This document shows, piece after piece, positions 38,602 through 47,423 of a stretch of 64,000 nt of DNA. The notes below the pieces were generated by a model that worked only from the letters and a program-made list of their open reading frames with translations, did not search any database and was not told the DNA's origin. Made by a program: the position numbers and the translations under genes. This DNA is from Thermoanaerobaculia bacterium (lineage in GTDB: Bacteria; Acidobacteriota; Thermoanaerobaculia; Multivoradales; Multivoraceae). Each line of letters starts with the position of its first letter. Position 1 is the stretch's first letter. The stretch spans positions 2,304,001 to 2,368,000 of the forward strand of contig OY761158.1 in assembly GCA_963664405.1 (NCBI GenBank), given 5' to 3'.

Positions 38602-39069
38602 ATGCCGCGACGCAGACCCGACCCGAAAGCCGAGGCCCTCCGTCAACGAGGGTGCCTTCATCCCCAGCCGGAGAAGGTCTCGGACGATTTGTTCACCTCG
38701 AGCGAGTTCTTCGACCCTCGAGACCTCGTGCAGGTCAAGTACGAGATGCTGCGCCGTGTCCGGGTGGACAGACACACGGTGAGCCGGAGCGCGGCAAGCT
38801 TCGGGTTGTCGCGCCCATCCTTCTACCACGCCCAGGTGGTTTACGAAGAAGGCGGCCTACCCGCGTTGCTGCCAAGAAAGCCGGGGCCGCGCCGCGCCCA
38901 CAAGCTATCCGAGGAGGTCGTCGAGGCCCTGCACGACAGGCTGGAGGGGGAGCCGGACGCAGATGCAACCGCCCTGGCCGAGTGGGTGCAGAAGCGCTTT
39001 GGCATCTCGATCCATCCGCGCAGCATTGAGCGAGCCCTGGCTCGCCAGGAAAAAAAACGCCGGCCATGA
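38602..39069 (+). CDS. helix-turn-helix protein of the recombinase element
   Basis: FFDPRDLVQVKYEMLR, FGLSRPSFY, GPRRAHKL, HPRSIERAL; RBS GAGGAG. Confidence 0.8.
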   Translation: MPRRRPDPKAEALRQRGCLHPQPEKVSDDLFTSSEFFDPRDLVQVKYEMLRRVRVDRHTVSRSAASFGLSRPSFYHAQVVYEEGGLPALLPRKPGPRRAHKLSEEVVEALHDRLEGEPDADATALAEWVQKRFGISIHPRSIERALARQEKKRRP

Positions 39070-39353
39070 GCGCGACACGCCAGCAGAACGCTCCGGCCCA
39101 TGTCGCTCGCTACGAGGAGCTCCGAGGACATGCGGCGAAGCGGCAGCTCCTATCGGTTCGGTTCGGCTTGGCCGTTCTCCTGCGACAAGGGCTGGCCGCT
39201 TGGGTTGAACAGGGGTCCAAGATGCCCGCGCCGACCCCGGCACCGTCCGCCGAGATAGCCAGGCCGTCCGCACTGCCTCACGATACGAGCGCGGATCTGA
39301 TCAACGTGCTGGCCGCCATGGCTCTCAGCCATCTACAGGAGAACCACGCATGA
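39066..39353 (+). CDS. small hypothetical protein of the recombinase element
   Basis: RYEELR..GLAVLLRQGLAAW; ATGA-coupled to both neighbours. Confidence 0.72.
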   Translation: MSATRQQNAPAHVARYEELRGHAAKRQLLSVRFGLAVLLRQGLAAWVEQGSKMPAPTPAPSAEIARPSALPHDTSADLINVLAAMALSHLQENHA

Positions 39354-41443
39354 GCGCAAGCGCCCACCAGAAAGTGACCCCAAGCCACCTGCGACGCGAT
39401 GCGTACCTGTATGTTCGCCAGTCGACCGTGCGCCAGGTGTTCGAGAATACGGAGAGCACGAGACGCCAGTACGCGTTGCGAGAGCGCGCGGTGGCGATGG
39501 GATGGCCCATCGAGCGAGTCATCGTGATCGACTCCGACCTGGGTAAGTCCGCAGCTTCCAGCGTCGACCGCGAGGGCTTTCAGAAGCTCGTCGGCGAGGT
39601 CGGTATGGGCCGAGCCGGGATCGTTCTCGGGCTGGAGGTTTCGCGCCTGGCACGCAATAGCACGGACTGGCATCGACTGCTGGAGATCTGCGCGCTGACC
39701 GACACGCTGATCCTTGACGAGGACGGGGTCTACAGCCCGAGTGATTTCAACGATCGCCTTCTGCTCGGGCTCAAGGGCACGATGAGCGAGGCGGAGCTTC
39801 ACGTGATGCGGGCTCGGCTGCGCGGAGGCATTCTGAATCAGGCGCGCCGAGGTGCGCTGCAAACCCCGTTACCCGTCGGCCTACTCTACGACCCGACCGG
39901 CAACGTGGTGTTAGATCCCGACGGCCAGGTCCAACGGAGCTTCGAGCACCTGTTCGAGACCTTCGAGCGTATGGGCTCGGCCTCGGCGACGGTCAAACAC
40001 TTCCGCGAGCAAGGCTTGCGGTTTCCGCGCCGGCCGCGCTTCGGCCCCCACAAGGGAGAGCTGTTGTGGGAGTCGTTGCGCCACTGGCGCGTCCTGAGGG
40101 TGCTGCACAATCCCCGCTACGCTGGCGCTTTCTGTTTCGGTCGCACTCACACGCAAAAGCGCGTCAACGGCACCATCGAGGTCAAGTCGCTTCCGCGTGA
40201 GGAGTGGACCGCGCTGTTGCTCGACGCGCACCCCGGTTACATTCCCTGGGAACAATTCGAAGAAAACCTGAGACGACTACGAGACAACGCCCAGGCCCAC
40301 GGCCGAGACCGGCGCAAGAGCCCACCGCGCGAGGGGCCAGCGCTGGTGCAGGGCTTGGTCCTCTGCGGCGTTTGTGGCCATCGGATGACGGTCCGCTATC
40401 ACACGCGCAGGGGCACTCAGTGGCCCGAGTACGTCTGCCAGCGCGAGGGCATCGACACCGCGACACCCAAGTGTCAGTCGATCCCGGGCAAGGGCATCGA
40501 TCGGGCCATCGGAGAGCTGCTTGTGGAGACGGTTACGCCTGTGACTCTGGAGGTTGCACTGAAAGTCCAGGTCGAGCTCGATGCACGGATCCACGAGGCC
40601 GATTCCCTGCGGCGCCAGCACGTACAGCGAGCTCGACAGGAGGCTGACTTGGCTCGGCGTCGCTTCATGGAGGTCGATCCGGGGAACCGCCTCGTGGTGG
40701 ATGTCCTCGAGGCCGAGTGGAACGAGAGGCTGCGCGGGCTGCACGACGCACAGGAGGAGCTCGAGCAGCGCCGCCAGCAAGATCACCAACAGCTCGGCGA
40801 CCAGCAACGAGAAGAGATCCTCGCCCTCGCCACCGACTTCCCGCGGTTGTGGAACGACCCGAAGACGCCTCAACGCGAGCGCAAGCGCATGGTGCGCTTG
40901 CTCATCGAGGACGTCACCTTGACGAAGGGCGACGAGATCGTTGTCGGTGTCCGCTTCCGAGGTGGCGCGACACGAAGTCTCAAACTGCCCATTCCGCCGA
41001 CAGCATGGGAGTTACGCCAAACCTCGAAACAGGTCGTTGCCGAGATTGATACCCTGCTTGATGACTACACCGAGGCCGAGATTGCGAGCATCCTCAACGA
41101 CAGAGGCCATCTCTCCGGAGAGGGCAAACGATTTCACGCCGGCATCGTCCGGCGACTGCGCCGTGACTACGACATCAAGAAGAGGTACGACCGACTGCGT
41201 GAGGGGGGAATGCTTACCCTCGAAGAGATGGCTGACCTACTGGGTGTCGCGACCCACACGGTGAAGACATGGCGCAACCACGGCCTGCTGCGTGCCCATG
41301 CCTACAACGACAAGAACGAGTGCCTCTACGAGCATCCCGGCGACGACCCGCCCGTCAAAATGCAGGGCCGAAAACTCTCGAAACGACGGCGCCGCCTCGA
41401 CGTCGAACCGAACCCTACGGAGGAGGTGCAGTGTGAAGCGTAG
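39350..41443 (+). CDS. large serine recombinase (resolvase + recombinase + Zn ribbon + C-terminal HTH)
   Basis: YVRQST catalytic Ser, DSDLGKS, EVSRLARN, LHNPRYAG, CGVCG..YVC..C; ends EEVQCEA. Confidence 0.93.
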   Translation: MSASAHQKVTPSHLRRDAYLYVRQSTVRQVFENTESTRRQYALRERAVAMGWPIERVIVIDSDLGKSAASSVDREGFQKLVGEVGMGRAGIVLGLEVSRLARNSTDWHRLLEICALTDTLILDEDGVYSPSDFNDRLLLGLKGTMSEAELHVMRARLRGGILNQARRGALQTPLPVGLLYDPTGNVVLDPDGQVQRSFEHLFETFERMGSASATVKHFREQGLRFPRRPRFGPHKGELLWESLRHWRVLRVLHNPRYAGAFCFGRTHTQKRVNGTIEVKSLPREEWTALLLDAHPGYIPWEQFEENLRRLRDNAQAHGRDRRKSPPREGPALVQGLVLCGVCGHRMTVRYHTRRGTQWPEYVCQREGIDTATPKCQSIPGKGIDRAIGELLVETVTPVTLEVALKVQVELDARIHEADSLRRQHVQRARQEADLARRRFMEVDPGNRLVVDVLEAEWNERLRGLHDAQEELEQRRQQDHQQLGDQQREEILALATDFPRLWNDPKTPQRERKRMVRLLIEDVTLTKGDEIVVGVRFRGGATRSLKLPIPPTAWELRQTSKQVVAEIDTLLDDYTEAEIASILNDRGHLSGEGKRFHAGIVRRLRRDYDIKKRYDRLREGGMLTLEEMADLLGVATHTVKTWRNHGLLRAHAYNDKNECLYEHPGDDPPVKMQGRKLSKRRRRLDVEPNPTEEVQCEA

Positions 41444-42213
41444 CCCTTGGTGCGAGGCCGGCCCCGGCGGGGCTCCTCAACATCCGGCGGCGGCGGATCC
41501 TGCTTCTTCGCCTCGGCCTCCAGCTCCGCCTTGGCCGCACGGATCTTCGCCAGACGCTGCTTCTTGTTCACCACCCAGTCCGGCAGCTCATCGTCGCGCT
41601 TGTCTTCGCCGAACTCCGAGTCCTCGGTTGTCGACGGCGTCGGCTCTCTCCAGCCACTCTGCGACTTGCGCCGCCAGCTCCGCCTCAGCCTTCTGCATCC
41701 GCGCGTAGCTCATCGCCTTGTGCTTCGAAGCGTTGGCGCGCACCTTCGTCCCGTCCAGAGCCACGTGACCCAAACGGACCAAACCCGCCCCTTGCGGCAC
41801 AGCTGCAGGACCTGCACGAACAGCTCCCCAAGCGCCTGCAAATGACGCTGACGGAACAAGTTGATCGTGCGAAAGTCCGGCTGCTGCAACGCCGTCACGG
41901 CCATGAAATCCACCCGCTGCTCGCAGGCCTGGGCCAGGCGACGAGACGAGTACACCCCTTGCGTGTAGCCGTACACCAGCAGCGCCGTCATCATCCTTGG
42001 GTCGTACGGAGGAAAACCACGCTCTTCCGTGTAGCTATCCAAAATACCCGACAGGTCCAGCGACTCACGCACCGTCTCCCGTACGAAATGCGCCACGTGG
42101 CCCGCAGACACCAGCTCCTGCACCGATGGCGGCAGCAACCAGATCTGATCCACATCCCACGATCGAAAGGTCTTAGCCATGCCCCAACCTAAACATACCC
42201 CTCGATGTCTTGG
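41444..42213 (-). pseudogene. IS1182-family transposase, frameshifted and 3'-truncated
   Basis: ATG 42180: LLPPS..PPYDPRMM..LLVYGY..SSRRL..PDFRTI; then LDGTKVRANASKHKAMSY and RLAKIRAAKAELE in other frames. Confidence 0.85.
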
Positions 42214-42353
42214 ACCTGCCCCTCTTCGCTCGCCAGACGAACTGCCTGCTTCTTGAACTCTCGATCGAATCGCCGTCGCTTCGAACTCATTCGAACACCT
42301 CCTCGGCCCATTCTCAGGCCAATCTCGGTGTCCACCAGACCCGCTACGGCTCA
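42214..42353 (-). mobile_element. IS3-family left-end fragment
   Basis: 5'-TGAGCCGTAGCGGG end and orfA start MSSKRRRFDREFK; 42217-42353 matches 47001-47137 at 134 of 137 nt. Confidence 0.85.
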
Positions 42354-42450
42354 AGGTGCCCTCCGCGAACTCACCCGTTTCTAGAAAGTGATCTCGCGCC
42401 TCGTTGATGGCGTAGGGATCGAGCTCGCCGTGCAGCTCATGGAACCGACG
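42354..42450 (-). repeat. diverged duplicate of 45723-45819 (unknown protein fragment)
   Basis: Both encode LHGELDP..INEARDHFLET.EFAEGT. Confidence 0.8.
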
Positions 42451-42672
42451 TACTGAAACTGCCAAAACGCCTCTTCGAAGCCAACTAAGCGCGGTTTCTC
42501 GTAACCGGTAACACGGGGCGACGGCTCGCAGCGATGCCGAGGTAGCGGAGTTGAAGCACCGCCGAGATCTGCTGGGCAGGTACTTCAGCGAGGAGAAGTA
42601 AAGAGCGGCGACATCCCTGGTGCCATTGTACGAAGAGCTCGTCGCAGAGCTGCGGCAAGCGCTCATCCCGTC

Positions 42673-44916
42673 TCACCACAACGAGAGGTCCGCTACGGCC
42701 TCCGGATTCAAGTAAGCCAGTACCCCGAGAACCACCACCAGCAGCACGGCGATCAGGGCAAGAATCCGCCCCCGCCTGGACCGTGCCACTTCGATTTCGG
42801 CGAGAAAACCGGCGATGAGATCGCGACGTCTCTTGACCGCGTCTTTGGGCAACTCCAGCCTGTGGGTGAAGAGTCGGCCCAAACGTCGCGTCAGCTTCAT
42901 GCGGAAGTTCACCGCCCAACCCGCCGCTTCCAGCAGGGCGCTCATGTCGCGCGATCGCAGTTTCAGGTAGCCCAGAAGTCCGCTCGAGAGCATGACGATG
43001 CTTACCAGGGCCAGAACCACCGCCCCCAGGTGCAAAGGATTCACTTCCGAGAGGGTCTTGACAATGAACGCCAACGAGGAGCCCACTGCGGCGAAAGCAA
43101 GGCCGCCACCGAGCAACAGGTCGCGAACCGAGGTTTTCTGAGCCGGGGCAGCGGCGGTGGAAGGCTCTTTTTTTCCTGCAGGTGTGGCGGCCATTTCCCC
43201 CAGGCCTGCTTCTGTGGCCTCTTCGATCGATTCAGTCTGTCTTGCGGCGATCTGCTCCACCATCTGCGCGGCCAGTCCTCCGATTCGCTGAAACGGTGCT
43301 TTCACCGCCTCCCACAGGCTGATGGGATTCTCCACGACTTCCACGACGAGCGCGTCCCATTCGCGCTCCTCGATGTCGAAGAAGACGCCTCGTTTACCGA
43401 CGGAAATACCGCCTCGCTCGCCCGCCGTTACCGCCACGACGAGCTCGAACTTCTCACGATGTGTGGAAGTTATTACCTTGGAGGTGATCTCGGCGTACAT
43501 GAGGAACATACGGCTCATCTCGGCGATCTTCCTATGCTCGGAGCGGTTCTTCACCTTCATGCTGAACGCTAGCTCGCGACCGTCGATGACCAACGTGCCT
43601 TCCTCGAAAAGGGAGCGCCGATTGGGGTCATACAGCCGGGAGAAGTTCACGAAGTTGTTCGCGAGCTCCAGGAGCCAGCGCTGCAGCAGGCAGAGCTTCT
43701 CCACCGTGGCGATTTGCTCGAGGTGATCTCTGACGGTCAGGTCACGCTCGATGAGCACCTCCGCTTCCTTCGGCAGCTCGCCTTCGAGGTAGGCGGTCAG
43801 TCTTTCTTCTCCGAGAGACTCGATCTCGTCTCTCGGCTTCGCCTCAATCCAGGCTTTGTGCGGCTCGAAAAGAGCCTTCACCATTTCCCAGTCTTTGCGG
43901 GTGAGCTTCTCCACATCCGTTCCCAGGGCTCGCTTCAGGACCTTGTCTCGGAGCTCCCAGACCCGTTCTTCATAACAAGGATTGAGGCCGCTATTCAGGT
44001 TCAATTCCCCGGCTGCGTTCGGACGACTGAGCGGAGCCGTGCTCAATCTCTTTTCGATGGCGAGGGCGTTCTCGAGGTCGAATTCCTCGAGCTCGACCAC
44101 GTTCAGCTCGAATCGGCCCGCCGCACGAGGCTCTACTCTCAACAAGTCGCATTGCCAAAAGAACTGCTCGAGCTTCGCTTCGAGAACGAAGACGATGGCG
44201 GTCGCTTCGGGAGTGACATCGCCCCACCTCGAGAGCTCCGAGCTGCGTTGCTCGCCTGCCGCCGTCTGCTTTCCCTCGACCATCCAATCCCGCATGGCTC
44301 GCGCGCGATCGAGAAAGCGCTGGAGCTGTTCCTTACCGTATCCGATCTTCCCGGAAGCGTCCTCGAGTTCCCCCGCGTATTTGACGACATCCGCGCAGAA
44401 TGCCCGGGTGCTTTCGGATTCGATATCAACCAGCGGCACGATGCCGTCTCCGTTCGGGAAGACGCGAGCGTTGCCGGCGCGAAAGGCGCGAATCTGCTCG
44501 AGGGAGATTTCCTTGCTCCCTGGCCTCTCGAGTTGTTCCAGAATCCATTTGCAAGCTTCTTGCAGCTCGCGGCCTTCCGAGTGGGTGGTGTCCAGGTCGT
44601 CGAGACGCAGAACGTCGCTCTGCTGGGTGGCACCCTCGCGGTTGCTGAAGAAGTGAAACAGGCACTGCTGCGCATCTTTCAGGTCTTGGGTGCGGATGCG
44701 TCCGGTCGCATCGGGGTCGAGACACTTCAGCACGGCGGGATCGCAGCGAAAACAGCCAACCGGCGCGCTCGTTGCCGCCCACCTCGACTCTCTCAGTTTC
44801 GCCAGAGCCGCGAGGTCCTCGGCCGTTTGCAGACGCAGCTGGAATATGCCGCCGTAGTTCTCAAATACCATAAAGTTCAAATCTGCACTTCCACAGCCTA
44901 CCTCAGCATCATCCAC
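42673..44916 (-). CDS. conserved hypothetical membrane-anchored protein with N-terminal EF-hand-like loop
   Basis: GGIFQLRL..W.ATSAP..LDPDATGRIR; NGDGIVP; NNFVNF; GKRGVF.D..WDA.VV.VVENPIS; LLEAAGWAVN; three C-terminal TM segments. Start uncertain. Confidence 0.8.
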   Translation of the reverse strand: MDDAEVGCGSADLNFMVFENYGGIFQLRLQTAEDLAALAKLRESRWAATSAPVGCFRCDPAVLKCLDPDATGRIRTQDLKDAQQCLFHFFSNREGATQQSDVLRLDDLDTTHSEGRELQEACKWILEQLERPGSKEISLEQIRAFRAGNARVFPNGDGIVPLVDIESESTRAFCADVVKYAGELEDASGKIGYGKEQLQRFLDRARAMRDWMVEGKQTAAGEQRSSELSRWGDVTPEATAIVFVLEAKLEQFFWQCDLLRVEPRAAGRFELNVVELEEFDLENALAIEKRLSTAPLSRPNAAGELNLNSGLNPCYEERVWELRDKVLKRALGTDVEKLTRKDWEMVKALFEPHKAWIEAKPRDEIESLGEERLTAYLEGELPKEAEVLIERDLTVRDHLEQIATVEKLCLLQRWLLELANNFVNFSRLYDPNRRSLFEEGTLVIDGRELAFSMKVKNRSEHRKIAEMSRMFLMYAEITSKVITSTHREKFELVVAVTAGERGGISVGKRGVFFDIEEREWDALVVEVVENPISLWEAVKAPFQRIGGLAAQMVEQIAARQTESIEEATEAGLGEMAATPAGKKEPSTAAAPAQKTSVRDLLLGGGLAFAAVGSSLAFIVKTLSEVNPLHLGAVVLALVSIVMLSSGLLGYLKLRSRDMSALLEAAGWAVNFRMKLTRRLGRLFTHRLELPKDAVKRRRDLIAGFLAEIEVARSRRGRILALIAVLLVVVLGVLAYLNPEAVADLSLW

Positions 44917-45102
44917 AGATATGCGTAGGTCAACGCGCCCGTGTAGGCACGCTGCTTGAGGTTGGCCCGCCCTCGGTGTTCTCGTAGTAGCAAACCGGCT
45001 TTCCCATGTCGGTCATCCTGGCCACCATCTTGCGCGCGTGGCCGGGGTGGACCCGGTCATCGCGTTTATTGGTCCAGAAGAAGACCCTGGGAGGCCCGCG
45101 CT

Positions 45103-45366
45103 CACGAGCCCCCTTCGGAGAACTTTGCGAGCACCTTGGCTCGCCAGTTCTGAACCAGGATCACTCGCTCCTCCTCGGCCTCTTCTGCCGCCTGGATCAT
45201 GAGGAAGCGACCGTCGGGGTGGACGGCGTAGTTCTGGAAGCGTCCGGGCAAGCGCAGGTAACACGAAGAGTGGCTCGGGACGCCGGGTGACGAGGCGCTC
45301 GCCGGAGATCTCGATCGGGAGCGTCATCATTGATCCGTCTTTCAAGTAGTAGATTGGCTCAGCCAT
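45103..45366 (-). pseudogene. C-terminal remnant of a Ser/Thr kinase-TolB-type propeller protein
   Basis: IYYL..MMTLPI..PEPLF, then after a frameshift YAVHPDGRFLMI..VILVQNW, a typical acidobacterial kinase tail. Confidence 0.55.
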
Positions 45367-45486
45367 TGCTGCTTGCTCCTGTCTGCGCGTGTCTCTTTTG
45401 CTCGCGCTTCTATTATCTCACGCCGATTACCGGTTCTTGGGGTGCCAGTTGGCTCCAGAAGCGGGCGGCTGACTCGCCGGGACGCC

Positions 45487-45885
45487 TTAGGTCCAGGCCG
45501 GCTTCGAAGGGCCAAGATGGATGCGTTGAACCAAGGCCTGGTAGCCGGGCGGGTCGTCTTTCGGTAGATCGGCGGTCAGCCGATAACGCATCGCATCTTC
45601 GAGCACACGGCGCGGATCGACTTCGCTGGAGATCTGGGCTCCCGATTCTGGGACCACCGTCACGAGGTCGGTGGCGATGAGAAAGAGCAGGACCTTGTAG
45701 ACGTACTCCGCGACCGCGGGAGAGGTGCCCTCCGCGAACTCAGCCGTTTCTAGAAAGTGATCTCGCGCCTCGTTGATTTCGTGCGGATCGAGCTCACCGT
45801 GCAGCGCACGGAAGCGTCGCTCTATGCTTCGAACCCGCAGCAAAGAGGCGGAGGAGAAGGTCCTACCCAGTAGCGCCTTGGCCAC
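45487..45885 (-). pseudogene. unknown protein fragment (longer paralog of 42354-42450)
   Basis: Protein-like composition and a duplicated segment; no recognisable start context. Confidence 0.4.
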
Positions 45886-45943
45886 CGCCCAGTTTGCGGA
45901 GAGGTTCTAGAATGGCCTCTCTGGCATTCGACACAGCAACACC

Positions 45944-46234
45944 ATGGTACGCCCCGGGCTCATCGATCGTAGAGGACTTCTTCATTGGGCCACGAGCATC
46001 AGCGCACGGGGTGAGTTCCCGAGGTTCGTGCGCAAGCTGATCCTCGAGACCGGACATGATGTGGTGCGGCTTGGCTTCCCCGCTGGGGAGGGCGTCTCAT
46101 CGGGGGGATGGGACGGTACTGTCGTGTCAGAGAGGGCAACGCCTTTCATTCCTCAGGGTATGTCGCTTTGGGAAGTCTCGGTGGACGAGCGCGTCGGATC
46201 CAAGGCAGATAGCGACTACGAGAAACGCAAGTCG
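45944..46234 (+). pseudogene. truncated N-terminal nuclease-like domain of a large putative defence NTPase
   Basis: W..SISAR.EFP..VRKLI..GFPAGE..GWDG..PFIP.G.S.WE....KA..DYEKR; cut by the IS3 remnant. Confidence 0.55.
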
Positions 46235-47137
46235 ACTCCCTCGATCCGAGTGATGCAGGAGACCTCGGCCGGGTCGACGCCGGCGAACAGCGTTCTCGAG
46301 TGCTTCAAGGGGGAGCGAACGATCCAAGCTCAATGACAGCGACCAACCCACCACGAAGCGCGAGTACAGATCCAGCAACACCGCCAGATAGAGCCATCCT
46401 TCGCGGGTTCGCAGATAGGTGATATCGCCCGCCCAAACGGTGTCGGGGGTCGCAACGAAGAAGTCTTGCGCCAACAGGTTCGGGGCAACCGGATCCGAAT
46501 GCTCCGAGTCCGTTGTCGTCTTGAACCGCCGGGCTTTCTTGCCGGCGAGCCCATCGTCGCGCATCAGCCGAGCTACACGGTGCCGACCGCAGCTCTCTCC
46601 ATCCTCGCGCAGATCGGCATGAATCCTCGACGAACCGTAGCTGCCACGGCTTCGATGGTGGAAAGCACGGATCTTGGCAAGCAGACGGCGATCCTCCCGG
46701 CTCCGGGTGCTCTCAGGGCGAGAACACCAGGCGTAGTAGCCGCTTCGCGACACGGCAAGGACCCGACACATCACGCGCACCGAGAACTCCTGGACGTGCT
46801 CATGAACGAACCGGAACTTCATCGCCGGCGCTCCGAGAAGATCGCCACCGCTTTTTTTAGAATGTCGCGCTCTTCTCTCACCCGACGAAGGTCTCGACGC
46901 AGGCGAGCCATGTCCTCGTCACGAGCGCGCCCCTCGCCCGGAAACGCACGCTCTCCTTCCTCGTCGAAGACCCTCTTCCAGCGACGAAGCAGCTCCGCTC
47001 TGCCCCTCTTCGCTCGCCAGACGAACTGCCTGAGTCTTGAACTCTCGATCGAATCGCCGTCGCTTCGAACTCATTCGAACACCTCCTCGGCCCATTCTCA
47101 GGCCAATCTCGGTGTCCACCAAACCCGCTACGGCTCA
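46235..47137 (-). mobile_element. IS3-family element, degraded (orfA internally deleted, orfB truncated after HHSDRGS)
   Basis: orfB: VSRSGYY, YGSSRI, W.GDITY, YLAVLLDLYSR, HHSDRGS. A7G -1 frameshift site at 46851-46858; TG terminus at 47137. Confidence 0.88.
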
Positions 47138-47423
47138 ACCCCGGCCAGTAACAAACGTGCGACACTTCGATAACGTCGATCTGTCATTTTCGGCTCCTCA
47201 TATTCCTTGAAAGTTTGGTGACGACGTCGAGCGCTCTCATTGGCAAGGGCGCTCCGACTCTCGATCCGTCTCTACCTTCTCCCTACGCAGAGGAGGCCGA
47301 TTCAGGATGAAGCGGGATGAAGAGACTGAGAGATCGCGATCGAGGGCGGCGGCATCAAGGCGGGAGTGGTAGCGTTGGCTGGCCCATTCAACACCGCCCG
47401 AGGGGCAGACCAGGAGCGCCCAA

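Larger units (their letters stand above)
38096..41443 (+). mobile_element. large serine recombinase element (DUF5372 - HTH - small ORF - recombinase; Y4bA/Y4bD-like)
   Basis: Four co-oriented genes bounded by truncated IS481 and IS1182. GGTGCA near the right end and TGCACC near the left end are inverted. Confidence 0.8.

Noticed and set aside
41710-42666. 318-aa ORF as a single gene
   Set aside because: It is a chance read-through of an unknown fragment, an IS3 end and the IS1182 N-terminus.
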